Positions 20,636 to 31,900 are shown, numbered from the stretch's first letter. The stretch: 64,000 bases of DNA from an uncultured delta proteobacterium (GCA_963826785.1 CAWGYD010000001.1:704001-768000); one strand, 5' to 3'. The notes: generated by a model from the letters alone, not told the origin. Made by a program: numbers and translations.

Positions 20636-20640
20636 ACCAA

Positions 20641-21276
20641 ATGGCGGTTCAAGTCACCATCGCATTTCTGATCCTGATCAACCTGCATCTGCTCGGCACC
20701 TCCCGGATGAACGCGCTGATCCGGGCCGTGGCCTGGCAGTCCTTCCTGATCTGCGCCCTGGGCGCCCTGGTCAATCTGGACCGGCTCGAATGGCACGGAT
20801 GGACGATGATTCTCGCAATGTTTACGGTCAAGAGCATGCTTCTGCCCATGCTCATGCGCCGGGCGCTGCGGGAAACCGCCGTAAGACGGGAAGTGGAGCC
20901 GCTTCTGGGGTATGCGCCGTCTCTTTTTGCCGGAGTCGTTCTCATGGCCGTTTCATTCTGGGGCGCGTGGCGGCTTCCCATGCCCCATGCCATCGACCCC
21001 CTGGTGATCGGCTCGGCCCTGTTCACCTTCGGCGTCGGGCTGCTGCTGATCGTCAGCCGCATCAAGGCGATCACCCAGACCATCGGGTACCTGGCCATGG
21101 AAAACGGGATTTCCCTGTTCGGCCTGTCCGCAGCGGTCAGCTATCCGTTGATCGTCGAAATGGGCGTGCTGCTGGATGTTTTCGTGGGGGTCTTCGTCAT
21201 GGGAATCATGATTTTTGACATCAACCGGGAATTCGAAAACATCGACACCCAACGGCTTGCCGCTTTAAAGGATTGA
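20641..21276 (+). CDS. hyfE: HyfE-like membrane subunit
   Basis: RREVEPLLG, IGYLAMENGI, VEMGVLLDVFVGV. Confidence 0.85.
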   Translation: MAVQVTIAFLILINLHLLGTSRMNALIRAVAWQSFLICALGALVNLDRLEWHGWTMILAMFTVKSMLLPMLMRRALRETAVRREVEPLLGYAPSLFAGVVLMAVSFWGAWRLPMPHAIDPLVIGSALFTFGVGLLLIVSRIKAITQTIGYLAMENGISLFGLSAAVSYPLIVEMGVLLDVFVGVFVMGIMIFDINREFENIDTQRLAALKD

Positions 21277-21278
21277 TC

Positions 21279-22736
21279 ATGATGATGCTGGCACTCCTTC
21301 TGATTCCGTTCATCTCCGGCATTGCCTGCTACTGGATCGCATCGGATCGGATTCGCCGGCAGATCCCGGTGATCGCGGGGCTTGCCTGCCTGGCCGTGAT
21401 CGGGGGGATATGGAAAAGGGGAGGGGACCTGGCCGACGGGAACTGGATCGGCATCGATTCTCTATCTCTCCTGTTTCTGCTCATCAACTCGATTTTGTTC
21501 ACGGCTTCGGCGGTTTACGCCTCGGGATACCTGGAAAAACATGCCCATGCCCCCGACGCGGATCGTCGCTTCTCCCGTGAAGCGATCTTCACCGGCACGC
21601 TTCTGGTTTTTTTGACCACCATGACGCTTGCCATCGCAAGCCGGCACCCGGGCATTTTCTGGATGGCCATCGAGGCGACCACCCTGGCCAGCGCCCCGCT
21701 GATCAGTTTTCAGAGATCCGGCCGGTCCCTGGAGGCTGCCTGGAAATACCTCCTCATCTGCTCCGTTGGAATCGCCCTGGCCCTGATTGGCATCATGGCC
21801 CTGGCCGTGTCTGCGGCTTTCTCACCGGCCATCCGGGAGCTGCCCATGACGTTTTCGTCGCTGGCGGCAAATGCCGGCGCCCTTCAGCCGGTCTGGCTCA
21901 AGGCGGCCTTCGTCTTCATCCTGGTCGGGTTCGGCACCAAGATGGGCCTTGCGCCCATGCACAACTGGCTGCCGGATGCGCACAGCGAAGCCCCTTCCCC
22001 GGTATCGGTGCTCCTTTCCGGGGCGCTGCTCAACTGCGCCTTTTTAGGGATCATCCGGACCAATACCATCCTGGTCCATGCCGGGCTGGGGGAATACAGC
22101 AACCAGCTCCTGCTGGTGCTGGGGATTTTTTCCATGTTTCTGGCCGGGGGATTCATCCTGATGCAGGCCGACTTCAAGCGGCTTTTGGCCTACTCCAGTG
22201 TCGAGCACATGGGGATCCTGGCCGTAGCCCTTGCCGCCGGGAGCCATACCCATGCCGGAGGGATGCTCCATGCCCTCAATCATTCGCTGACCAAGGGGAT
22301 GCTTTTTCTGGTGGCCGGGAACATCCTGGCGGCATATCACACCAAATCCGCCAGGGAAATCAATGGGCTGGTCCGGGGAATGCCGCTGACCGGCATCCTG
22401 TGGATCGCCGGTTTCCTGGCGATATGCGGCGTTCCCCCTTTCGGCACCTTCGTGAGCGAATTTTCCATCCTGACCGGACTGGCCCAGACGGAGCAATGGG
22501 TGTCCATGGTCCTGGTGCTGTCCGCCCTCGGGATCATCTTTGTCGGCATGGCCAGGATCGTCATTCCCATGGCCTACGGAGAGCCGGCCGCAGCCGGGGA
22601 GGCAAGCCTTGCGCTTTCCTGGCAGTCGGCCCTGCCGCCGCTGGTCCTGTGCATCCTGGTCCTGTCCCTTGGTTTTTACATTCCGCCCCCGCTGCAGCGC
22701 CTGATCGAGGCGTCAGCCCGGGTCATCGGAGTCTGA
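21279..22736 (+). CDS. hyfF: HyfF-like antiporter-type membrane subunit
   Basis: WMAIEATTLASAPL, SLEAAWKYLLICSVG, GTKMGLAPMHNWLPDAHSEAP, KRLLAYSSVEH. Confidence 0.9.
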   Translation: MMMLALLLIPFISGIACYWIASDRIRRQIPVIAGLACLAVIGGIWKRGGDLADGNWIGIDSLSLLFLLINSILFTASAVYASGYLEKHAHAPDADRRFSREAIFTGTLLVFLTTMTLAIASRHPGIFWMAIEATTLASAPLISFQRSGRSLEAAWKYLLICSVGIALALIGIMALAVSAAFSPAIRELPMTFSSLAANAGALQPVWLKAAFVFILVGFGTKMGLAPMHNWLPDAHSEAPSPVSVLLSGALLNCAFLGIIRTNTILVHAGLGEYSNQLLLVLGIFSMFLAGGFILMQADFKRLLAYSSVEHMGILAVALAAGSHTHAGGMLHALNHSLTKGMLFLVAGNILAAYHTKSAREINGLVRGMPLTGILWIAGFLAICGVPPFGTFVSEFSILTGLAQTEQWVSMVLVLSALGIIFVGMARIVIPMAYGEPAAAGEASLALSWQSALPPLVLCILVLSLGFYIPPPLQRLIEASARVIGV

Positions 22737-22738
22737 TC

Positions 22739-24294
22739 ATGACGCGAAATCCAACACCGGCGTCCATGCCTGATTCAAACGCCCCCGGGATTTTGGTTAT
22801 GCCAAATGAGCCGGACAGGTTTCTGACGGCATATAATGCAGAACCGTTTCCATCAAGTGGAATCCCGGATGTAGACCCGGAGGCCTTCAAAACCGCCGTA
22901 TGTAATGAGGCGGCCGGCGGGATGCGCCTCTGCGCCCTGTTTGCCCGGCCCGAAAAGTCGGCCAACCGGCTGTTTGCCGTTCTTGCGGATGATCGTAATG
23001 GGAGGCTCCTGGCGGCCTCCTGCAGGGTGAAAGAAGAATATGCTTCGCTGACCCCGGAGTGCCCCCAGGCCCATCTGTTTGAGCGGGAAATTTTCGAAAC
23101 CCGCGGCATCCGGCCCCTGGGACATCCCTGGCTCAAGCCGGTACGGTTTCCGAAAAACAGCCGGCATCCGCAGAAGAATATCGGCGAGATCGACTTTTTT
23201 GCCGTCAAGGGGGATGAAATCCACGAGGTGGCGGTGGGCCCGGTGCATGCCGGGGTGATCGAACCGGGCCATTTCCGGTTCCAGTGCCAGGGGGAGATCG
23301 TCCACCACCTGGAAATATCTCTGGGCTACCAGCACCGGGGAATCGAATCGGCTTTTTTAAAGGCGTCCCCGATCCGACGGATTCATTTCATGGAAACCGC
23401 GGCCGGCGACACCACCGCGGGTCACACCACGGCCTACTGCGGAGCCATCGAGTCGCTTTCCGGCTGCCGGGTTCCGGCCCGGGCCCAGGCGATCCGGGGG
23501 ATCGCCCTGGAACTGGAGCGGATCGCCTGCCACATCGGCGATCTCGGTGCCTTGTCCGGCGACGTGGGATTTTTGCCCACGGCCGCCTACTGCGGCCGGA
23601 TCCGGGGAAACGTGCTGAACCTGACCGCCGACCTGTGCGGCAACCGGTTCTCCCGGGGGCTCATCCGTCCCGGCGGGGTGGCCTTCGATGTCGATGGCCA
23701 AATGGCCGACCGGCTCCGGTCGAAACTGGTAAAGATCCGGGAAGATGCCGAAAATGCCATTGAACTGCTATGGGGATCTCCGTCGGTCATGGCCCGGTTC
23801 GAGGGGACCGGAAAGATATTGCCAAAAACGGCTGCCGAGATCGGCCTGGTGGGGCCGGCCGCGCGCGCCTGCGGGATCGAGCATGACGTGCGCAGCGATT
23901 TTCCCTTCGGCATCTATGCCTTTCACCAGATACCGCCCTCCACGACCGATTCCGGCGACGTGTTCGCCCGGGCCATGGTCCGGTGGCTGGAAACCCTGCG
24001 TGCGTTCACGTTCGTGGAGGAAATGCTCCAGGCGCTGCCGGCATCGGATTTTCGGGCCGATCCCGGTCCGCTAAAGCGAGATCACATGGCCGTATCGCTG
24101 ACAGAGGGATGGCGGGGGGAAATCTGCCACGTGGCCGTAACCGATGGGAAAGGGAAATCTCGGATTACAAGATCATCGATCCAAGCTTCCACAACTGGTT
24201 CGGCCTGGCCCTGGCGCTAAGATCCGAGCAGATTTCCGATTTCCCCCTGTGCAACAAGAGTTTCAACCTTTCCTACTGCGGGTTTGATTTGTAG
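22739..24294 (+). pseudogene. Ehr large subunit (HyfG/HycE, NuoC+NuoD-like, no Ni-binding CxxC), split by a frameshift near 24146-24160; real lesion or sequence error
   Basis: First frame: FEREI, GHPWLKP, VGPVHAGVIEPGHFRF, LELERI, EGWRGEI. The conserved tail YKIIDPSFHNW...ISDFPLCNKSFNLSYCGFDL continues in the -1 frame to 24294. Confidence 0.85.
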
Positions 24295-24318
24295 GAATTC
24301 TGAAAAGGAATTTAAAAA

Positions 24319-25083
24319 TTGTTCCTTGATATTCTTCTTGCCCGGACCCGACAGGGGCATCAGACCATGGCCTATCCGGACGGGCCTTTACCGGAACTGC
24401 CAGAGCGATTTGCCGGCCGTCCCCTTATCGCTTCCTCCGAATGCGCCGGCTGCGCCGGCCCCTGCGAAATTCAATGCCCCACTGGCGCCCTGAAACGCAT
24501 TGGGGGAAACCCGCAGATCGATCTTGGCAAATGCATATTCTGCAGGGATTGCGAACGGTCTTGCCGACAGGGGGCCATCGTTTTCGGCCGGGACCACCGG
24601 CTGGCCGCCGCGGCCAGAAAAGATCTCCTTCTGTCGGAAAAGGGGACGCAGGCCGCCCCGGCGCCGCAAACGCGAGGCGGCGCAAAGCGGTTTCGCAGAT
24701 CTTTTTCCCTCCGGGTGGTGAGCGCAGGCGGATGCGGGGCCTGCGAGGCGGACACGAACGTGCTGACCACCCTGGCCTGGGATCTGAGCCGCTTCGGTAT
24801 CCACTATGCGGCTTCCCCCCGGCACGCCGACGGGATACTTATCACCGGGCCGGTATCGGCCAACATGGCCGAAGCGCTCCGGCAGACCTATGAAGCGGTC
24901 CCGGACCCCAAGTGCGTCATCGCCGTGGGGGCCTGCGCCATATCCGGAGGGATTTATGCCGGCCTGCCCGAGAGCAGCGGCGGATGCAACAAACTGGTTC
25001 CGGTGGATCTCTTCATCCCGGGGTGCCCGCCCCACCCGTTGACCATTTTAGACGGGCTCCTGCGGTTTCTGGGAAGGATCTGA
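24319..25083 (+). CDS. Ehr small subunit: 2x[4Fe-4S] ferredoxin fused to a NuoB/HyfI-like domain
   Basis: CAGCAGPCEIQCP, CIFCRDCERSC; AGGCGACE, SPRHAD, GACAISGG, PGCPPHP; TTG start with AAGGA RBS. Confidence 0.9.
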   Translation: MFLDILLARTRQGHQTMAYPDGPLPELPERFAGRPLIASSECAGCAGPCEIQCPTGALKRIGGNPQIDLGKCIFCRDCERSCRQGAIVFGRDHRLAAAARKDLLLSEKGTQAAPAPQTRGGAKRFRRSFSLRVVSAGGCGACEADTNVLTTLAWDLSRFGIHYAASPRHADGILITGPVSANMAEALRQTYEAVPDPKCVIAVGACAISGGIYAGLPESSGGCNKLVPVDLFIPGCPPHPLTILDGLLRFLGRI

Positions 25084-25091
25084 TGTTTGCG

Positions 25092-26048
25092 CTACACCCG
25101 CAGCCAGGGCATCAGGATCTGTAAAAAACTGAGCGCGGGCAGGGGGGAGAGGCGGTAGGGCCTCTGCCCGATGATGGCGCGGGCCGCCCGGATGCCGCTT
25201 TGGATGGCCGGACCGATGCCCTCGCCCATGTCCAGCGTGGCCAGTCCCGCGGCGTCTCCTGCCAGAAAGGCGTTTTTGAGGCGGATCGGGCCGGTGCGGT
25301 GCTGCAGGTAATAGGGATGCCCCCGGGGATGATATGACCTGCCGCGCACCAGGTGCAGATCGTTTAGTTTTCGGGTGAAATCGTGCCAGTAGGAACCGAT
25401 GTGCTTTTCCCGTTTTTTCAATTCCGAAGCTTTTCCCCCGATCCCCACGTTGACAAAACCATCTGGTTTAGGCACGTACCAGGCATATCCCGGCAGGCGG
25501 TCATCGAAGAACCACAGGCGGCATTCGGGATCGGTGCGGGAATACGGAAATTCTTCTTCCACCGTGGCGATCAGCGATTTTTGGGGGCGTGGACGCACGC
25601 GGCGAAACAGGTTTCGGTACACCGGGCAGAAAGTGCCCCCCGCGCCAACGAGATAGGTGCAGCAAAACCGATCATCGATAATGTAGCCGTTGTTTTCTTC
25701 CCGTATGGATTCAACCCGGTGTTGATCAACCGGAACTTCGGCCCGGGCAAGAAGCCACTGGTCGAATTCATAGCGGCGGATGGAATACTGTCGGGTCCGG
25801 ATGGGCATCGGCCGCTTCCCGAAGCGGCACACCAGCCGGTTGACCCGGATCAGGCCATGGGGATATTTTTCCGGAGAAGTGCCCAGGTGCGCAAAAACTG
25901 ACGGGGTGATCCATCCGGCGCAAAGCTTGGCCCGTGGAAAAGAAGCCTTGTCCAGTATCCGAAAGGAAATGCCGGCATCGCGCAACGTTTTGGCGCAGGC
26001 GGCACCGGCCGGGCCGCCCCCGATGATCAGGACCGTCGATTCGATCAT
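25092..26048 (-). CDS. FAD-dependent oxidoreductase, geranylgeranyl reductase family
   Basis: IIGGGPAG, FPRAKLCAG, IRRYEFD, GYAWYVPK, GDAAGL...GEGI. Confidence 0.88.
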   Translation of the reverse strand: MIESTVLIIGGGPAGAACAKTLRDAGISFRILDKASFPRAKLCAGWITPSVFAHLGTSPEKYPHGLIRVNRLVCRFGKRPMPIRTRQYSIRRYEFDQWLLARAEVPVDQHRVESIREENNGYIIDDRFCCTYLVGAGGTFCPVYRNLFRRVRPRPQKSLIATVEEEFPYSRTDPECRLWFFDDRLPGYAWYVPKPDGFVNVGIGGKASELKKREKHIGSYWHDFTRKLNDLHLVRGRSYHPRGHPYYLQHRTGPIRLKNAFLAGDAAGLATLDMGEGIGPAIQSGIRAARAIIGQRPYRLSPLPALSFLQILMPWLRV

Positions 26049-26067
26049 ATAAGAGAATTCCGGCGCA

Positions 26068-27210
26068 TCATACCAGCCGGCATTCCGGCGGGTCTGCGCC
26101 GATGGGGGTCATCACGATCTGCCACAGCTGCCCGGTCCTGGATCTAAACATGCCCGCCGAAGAGAGCAGGTAGAATCGCCACATGCGGTAAAAGCGTTCG
26201 CCGTATTTTTCCGCAAACCGGGGCCAGCTTTCTTCGAAATTTTTGTGCCAGGCCATCAGGGTCCTGTCATAATCCGGCCCGAAATTGTGCCAGTCCTCCA
26301 TGACGAACAGCCCCTCCATGGCTTTGCCCAGCTGGGCGATGGAGGGGAGCATGCTGTTGGGGAAGATGTACTTGACCGTCCAGGGATTGCTGATGGTGAT
26401 GCTGGTGTTGCTCCCGATGGTGTGAATAAAGGCGATGCCGTCATCTTTCAGGTTTTTCCGGGCATGCTCCATGTAGCAGCGGTAATTCTTGTATCCCACA
26501 TGCTCCATGATCCCGATGGAGATGACCCGGTCGAACTGGCCCTCCACGCGCCGGTAGTCTTCCAGCCGGATCTGGACGGGCAGCCCTTTGCAGAGCGCAT
26601 TTCCGAATTCAACCTGTTCCCGGGAAACGGTGACGCCGGTGACGATCGCACCATAATGTTTGGCCGCATACCGGGCAAACGACCCCCAACCACACCCGAG
26701 ATCGAGTACCGACATGCCCGGTTCAAGGCCGATCTTCCGGCAGACCAGGTCCAGCTTGGCCTCCTGGGCGCTTTCCAGGTCCGGAGCATCCTTCCAGTAC
26801 CCGCAGGTATAGACCATCCGCTTGTCCAGCATGGCCTGGTAGAGATCGTTTCCCACATCATAGTGGCGTGCGCCCACTTCATAGGCCCGGTGGTTTTTCT
26901 GCAGATTGATGATCCTTGATTTCAGGGAATATCCGATCAGGCGCCAGTCCGATCGGACCTGCTCTTCCAGCTCAACCCGGAAGACCCGGTCGAAAAACTG
27001 GTCCAGGGCTGCGCAATCCCACCAGCCATCCATGTAGGATTCGCCCACATCCAGTTCGCTTCCGCCCAGAATACGGTCATAGAGCCGGTCGTCATGCACC
27101 TGGATATCCCAGGGGTTGGGACCGTTCACCTCAATTCCCGCGTTTTCCAGCAGTTCCCGAACAATTTCTTCGGCCCTGCCGGGCAAAAAGGCTGCCTGTC
27201 TGTTTTTCAT
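26068..27210 (-). CDS. cfa: Cyclopropane-fatty-acyl-phospholipid synthase family SAM methyltransferase
   Basis: HYDVGNDLY, YTCGYW, LDLGCGWG, EHVGYKNY, KYIFP, RFYRMWRFYL. Confidence 0.92.
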   Translation of the reverse strand: MKNRQAAFLPGRAEEIVRELLENAGIEVNGPNPWDIQVHDDRLYDRILGGSELDVGESYMDGWWDCAALDQFFDRVFRVELEEQVRSDWRLIGYSLKSRIINLQKNHRAYEVGARHYDVGNDLYQAMLDKRMVYTCGYWKDAPDLESAQEAKLDLVCRKIGLEPGMSVLDLGCGWGSFARYAAKHYGAIVTGVTVSREQVEFGNALCKGLPVQIRLEDYRRVEGQFDRVISIGIMEHVGYKNYRCYMEHARKNLKDDGIAFIHTIGSNTSITISNPWTVKYIFPNSMLPSIAQLGKAMEGLFVMEDWHNFGPDYDRTLMAWHKNFEESWPRFAEKYGERFYRMWRFYLLSSAGMFRSRTGQLWQIVMTPIGADPPECRLV

Positions 27211-27349
27211 GATGAATGTACCCGAGGCGTTCGTGTGGTTAAAATGTTATCATTTCATTACACAACAAACGTAATTCCGGGTACGCGGGCCTGTCAAGGC
27301 GGGGCGGTGGGGTGCGTACCGTGATTTTAGTATATAAATATTTAAAATA

Positions 27350-28693
27350 TCATTTGAAAGATCTTTCGTGATAATGCTCCAGCAGCGTAAAAAGGGTGCG
27401 GGCGCCGAAACGCACCGATTCGACGGGGACGCGTTCGTCGGCGGCATGGATGACGCTGTAGAAATCAAATTCAGGGGGGAGATTCATGGGGGTGAACCCG
27501 TAGGTCTGGATGCCGATTTTGGAAAAATGGCGGCCGTCCGTGACGCCGGCCAGCATCATGGGCACCGGAATTCCCTCCGGGTCGGTTTTTTTGAGCACAT
27601 CGCAAATCAGCGGATACATGCCCATATCCGGATGAGCCGGTCCCGGGTCATGGCGGATCAGGCGGATGCTGACCCCGGAATCGATTTTCCGGTTGATTTC
27701 CGCGATCAGGTCATGGGGGGTAAAGCCGGGCAGAATCCGGCCGTCGAGTTGAATGGTGATTTCAGAGGGGATGACGTTTATCTTGTGTCCTCCCTGGACG
27801 ATGGTGGGATTGACCGTGTGGTACAGCATGGGTTTGAAGCTTCTGCCCCTGTCGCCGAGCAGGTTTAAGATCCATCCGGTCAGGCGCGGGTGGGTCAGCT
27901 GCCGAAGAATGGTGCTGGTGGGAAAAGTCAGTTGGTCCGCCATGGTCAGAATCATCTGGCGGGCCACGGGTGTGATGTGGGGTGCAAGGGGCAGTTCGTC
28001 CAGATGTTTTAAAAATCCCGACAGCTTGGCCATGGCCCCGCCCCGCATGGGAATGGCGCCGTGCCCCCCGGGGCCGGTAATCGTCGCCTCCAGCCAGCAG
28101 ATGGCCTTTTCCGTGACCTGAACCGGGTAGAACCGCTTGCCCTGGATATACATGGCGGTGCCGCCGAACTCGCCGACGGCAAACCGCACCCCGTCAAAAT
28201 AGGGCCGGTGGTGCTCAACTACGTATTTGGCCCCCAGGTCCCCCCCGGCCTCCTCATCGCTCAGTGCCGCCAGGATAATGTCCCCGGCCGGCTTGATGCC
28301 CTTGTCCTTCGCTTCCAGCAGGGCGGCGATCATCATGGCCAGGCCGCCCTTCATGTCCAGCGCCCCCCGTCCCCAGACATAGCCGTCGGCGATCTCCCCG
28401 CCAAACGGCGGGTGCCGCCAGACCTGCTTGTCTGCCGTGACCACATCCACATGGCCGTACATCATCAGGGGAGGGGCCGACCCGCTCCCTTCAAGCCGGG
28501 TGATCAGGTTGGGCCGCTCGGGATTTTTCCCCACCACCTCCACCGCAAACCCCGCCGCCTCCAACAGGTCCCGTATGAACTCGATACAGGCAAGCTCATT
28601 GCCCGGCGGGTTTGAGGTGTCAAACCGGATTAATTTTTGCAAAATGGTTTCCGGACGGCGATCGTCTGCTGTATCGGTGTTCTTTCCCATCAA
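27350..28693 (-). CDS. M20/M25/M40 family metallo-hydrolase
   Basis: GHVDVV, WGRGALDMKG, DEEAGG, GEFGG, IHAADER. Confidence 0.92.
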   Translation of the reverse strand: MMGKNTDTADDRRPETILQKLIRFDTSNPPGNELACIEFIRDLLEAAGFAVEVVGKNPERPNLITRLEGSGSAPPLMMYGHVDVVTADKQVWRHPPFGGEIADGYVWGRGALDMKGGLAMMIAALLEAKDKGIKPAGDIILAALSDEEAGGDLGAKYVVEHHRPYFDGVRFAVGEFGGTAMYIQGKRFYPVQVTEKAICWLEATITGPGGHGAIPMRGGAMAKLSGFLKHLDELPLAPHITPVARQMILTMADQLTFPTSTILRQLTHPRLTGWILNLLGDRGRSFKPMLYHTVNPTIVQGGHKINVIPSEITIQLDGRILPGFTPHDLIAEINRKIDSGVSIRLIRHDPGPAHPDMGMYPLICDVLKKTDPEGIPVPMMLAGVTDGRHFSKIGIQTYGFTPMNLPPEFDFYSVIHAADERVPVESVRFGARTLFTLLEHYHERSFK

Positions 28694-28899
28694 TTTCTCC
28701 CCGTTTGCATGATGAAAGTTCGATCCATTGGCTCGGCCATGCCATTATAGCAAAAAATAGAACCGATGCCATTTTTGTGCCCGCTTTTTACGAAAAGAAA
28801 TTTCAAGAAGGCGCTGTTTTCGGGTGATGACCAAAGAAAAGACTGATGCGGATACGGCCGGATGGAAACGGTTATCGCAGGAAATTTTCTAACAAATAT

Positions 28900-28929
28900 C
28901 GCAGGGGCGGGCCAGTGCCCGCCCCTGCG
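28900..28929. terminator. Perfect GC-rich hairpin downstream of czcA (terminator or REP-like)
   Basis: CGCAGGGGCGGGC-CAGT-GCCCGCCCCTGCG, 13-bp stem; weak U-tract. Confidence 0.55.
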
Positions 28930-28937
28930 GTCAATGA

Positions 28938-31900
28938 TTATTCCGGTTCAGGCCTGCCGTTGCCGATCCACACATATAGGGAGGGCAGCACGAACAGGGT
29001 CAGCAGGGTGGAGGTGAGCACCCCGCCCACCACTACGGTGGCCAGGGGGCGCTGCACCTCGGCCCCGACCCCAAGCGAAAAGGCCATGGGGAGAAACCCG
29101 GCCGCATCGGTGACGGCGGTGGCCAGCACCGGAATCAGCCGCCGGCGGGCGGCTGCGGAGACCGCATCTCCGATTTGCGCCCCTTCGGCCATGCGGTTTC
29201 GGATGGCCGAAACCAGCACCTGGCCGTTTAAGACGGCAATACCGGAAAGCGCGATAAACCCGACGGCTGCGCTCACGGAAAAGGGAATCCCCCGGAAATA
29301 GAGTGCGAAAATTCCGCCCACCGCGGCCAGGGGTATCCCGGTGTAGATGATCAGCACGTCCCGCAGGCGCCCCAGGCTGAAGAACAGAAGGAAGAAGATC
29401 GCCGCCAGGGTCAACGGAACGATCAGCATCAGCCGCTGCTGGGACCGCTCCAGGTTCTCGAACTGTCCGCCCCAGTCGATGAGATAGCCTTCCGGAAGCG
29501 CGATGTCGGTGCTGATCCGGTCCCGCGCTTCCTTGACGAAGGAGGCGATATCCCGGTCGCGGACATTGACCTGGACCTTGATCAGGCGTTTTCCCCATTC
29601 CCGGTTGATGGTGGAGGGCCGGTCGACCCGGCGCAGGTCGGCCATGTGCTTCATGGGCAGCAATGCGCCGTTTTCGGCCGGAATCAGGATATCCCCCAGT
29701 GCGGCCGGGTTGCGGCGAAATTGATCGGGGAGCCGGACAACCAGGGGAAATGACCGTTCGCCTTCATACACGTCCCCCACCCGGGGGGTTCCCACCGCGG
29801 AGACCATGTCCAGGACCTCGGCCGCATCCACCCCGTTGCGGGCCAGCGCTTCCCGGTCGACGGCCACCTGGAGCACCGGCTGCCCGGTGATCTGCTCCAC
29901 CGATATGTCGGCCGCACCGCGGACGCCGCCCAGAAGATGCTCCACCTGCTCGCCCAGGGAAACCAGGGTGTCAAAATCATCTCCGTAAATTTTGATGCCC
30001 ACATCGGTCCGGATCCCGGAAAGCATTTCATTGACCCGCAGTTCAATGGGCTGGGACAGGGCCACGCGGATACCCGGCAGGCCGCCCAGTTTTTCCTGGA
30101 TCCGGGCCGCCAGCGCCTCCTGGCTGTCGGCTTTGCGCCACTGATTACGGGGATTTAAAGTGATGAAGATATCGGTCAACTCCGTTCCCATGGGGTCGGT
30201 GGCCACCTCCGCGCTCCCCAGGCGGCTCCAGACATGGCGGATTTCATCCGGGAATTGGTCCAGCAGGAGTTTTTCCATGCCGGTGTTGGAGACGACCGAC
30301 TCATCGATGGAAACTCCGGCCAGCCGAACCACGCTCATCACCAGAGACCCCTCGGAAAGCCGGGGCAGAAATTCACCCCCCAGGCGGATTCCCGCCATGG
30401 CAGCGGCCGCCACGAGCACGGCCACCGCCGCCAGAAAAGATTTCCGGTGCCGCAGGACCCGTTCCAGAAGGCCGCCGTACAATTTTTTCAGACCCCGCTC
30501 CACCCATCGCTCCGTCAGCTTCGGTCGTTTGGGCAGAAAATAATAGGACAACACCGGGGAGAGGCAGACCGCCACCAGAAGGGAGCCGGCAAGGGCGAAG
30601 ATAAAGGTCCAGGCCATGGGCTTGAACATCTTCCCCTCGACGCCCTCAAGGGTCAGTACCGGCAGGAAGACCAGGACGATGATCCCCATCCCGTAGACAA
30701 TGGGCCGCACCACTTCCCGGCTGGATTCCAGGATGGCGCCGAGTCGTTCGGCCTTCGTAAGCGGCCTTCCCAGCCGGAGCTGGGATTGGGTCAGCCGTTT
30801 CAGGTTCGCCTCGGTCATCACCACCGATCCGTCCACCAGTATGCCGAAATCGATGGCACCCAATGAAAGCAGGCTTGCCGCGATCCCCAGTTTCTGCATC
30901 CCCAGGGCCGCAAACAGGATGGCCATGGGGATGGTTGCGGCCACCAGCAGGCCGGCCCGGAAATTGCCGATCAGGACGAAAAGGACGGCAATGACCAGAA
31001 GCGCCCCTGCCAGCAGGTTGTGCCGAACGGTGGCAATGACCTGGTCGACCAGCTCGGTCCGGTCATATACCGTTTCGATCTTCACATCCGGGGGAAGGGT
31101 CCGGCGAACATGGTCCAGTGCTTTTTTCAGATCGCCGGTCACCTGGCGGCTGTTTTCCCCCATAAGCATGAAGCCCAGGCCCATCACGGCTTCCCCCTTA
31201 CCCTGGGCCGTCACCGCACCCCGGCGCAGTTCGTGGCCGATGGCGATTTCGGCGACATCTTCCACCCGCACCGGCGTTCCGTTATGAGCGGTGATGACCA
31301 CATGGGCGATGTCGTCGATCCCGGTCACCCGGCCCAGGCCGTGCACCAGCAGGGTCTGGCCCCCGGTGGTGATCTGGCCGCCCCCCACGTTGGTGTTGTT
31401 GCGCTTCAGGGCTTTTGCCACATCATTTAAGGACAGGCCGTACTTGATGAGCAGATCGGGGGAGACGATCACGTGATACTGCTTTTCCTGGCCTCCCCAG
31501 GAGTTGATTTCCGCCACCCCGGAAACTTTGCGCAGTTCGGGTTTGACCACCCAGTCATGAAGGGTGCGCAGTTCATCCAGAGTCCGCTGGGGGCTGTCCG
31601 AGGAAAGGATATAGTGAAAAACCTCTCCCAGTCCGGTGGAAATCGGCCCCAGTTCCGGGCGGGCGATCCCTTCGGGCAGTTCCACCCCGGCCAGCTGTTC
31701 CATGATGAGCTGGCGCGATTCGAGAATGGGGATGTCATCCCCGAAGGTGGCCACCACCTGGGAGAGGCCGAACTTGGAAACGGAACGGACGTGGGTAAGC
31801 CCCGGCAGGCCGGAGACGGCCAGTTCGACGGGGATGGATATCTGTTTTTCGATTTCCTCCGGGCCCAGGGAGGGGGCAATGGTGTTGATTTGAACCTGGA

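Noticed and set aside
24146..24158. Programmed -1 ribosomal frameshift at GGGAAAG/GGGAAAT
   Set aside because: The heptamers are in the wrong phase for tandem slippage; an indel is simpler
17724..25083. Calling the cluster a true [NiFe] hydrogenase-4 / formate hydrogenlyase
   Set aside because: The large subunit lacks both Ni-binding CxxC motifs and there are no maturation genes nearby
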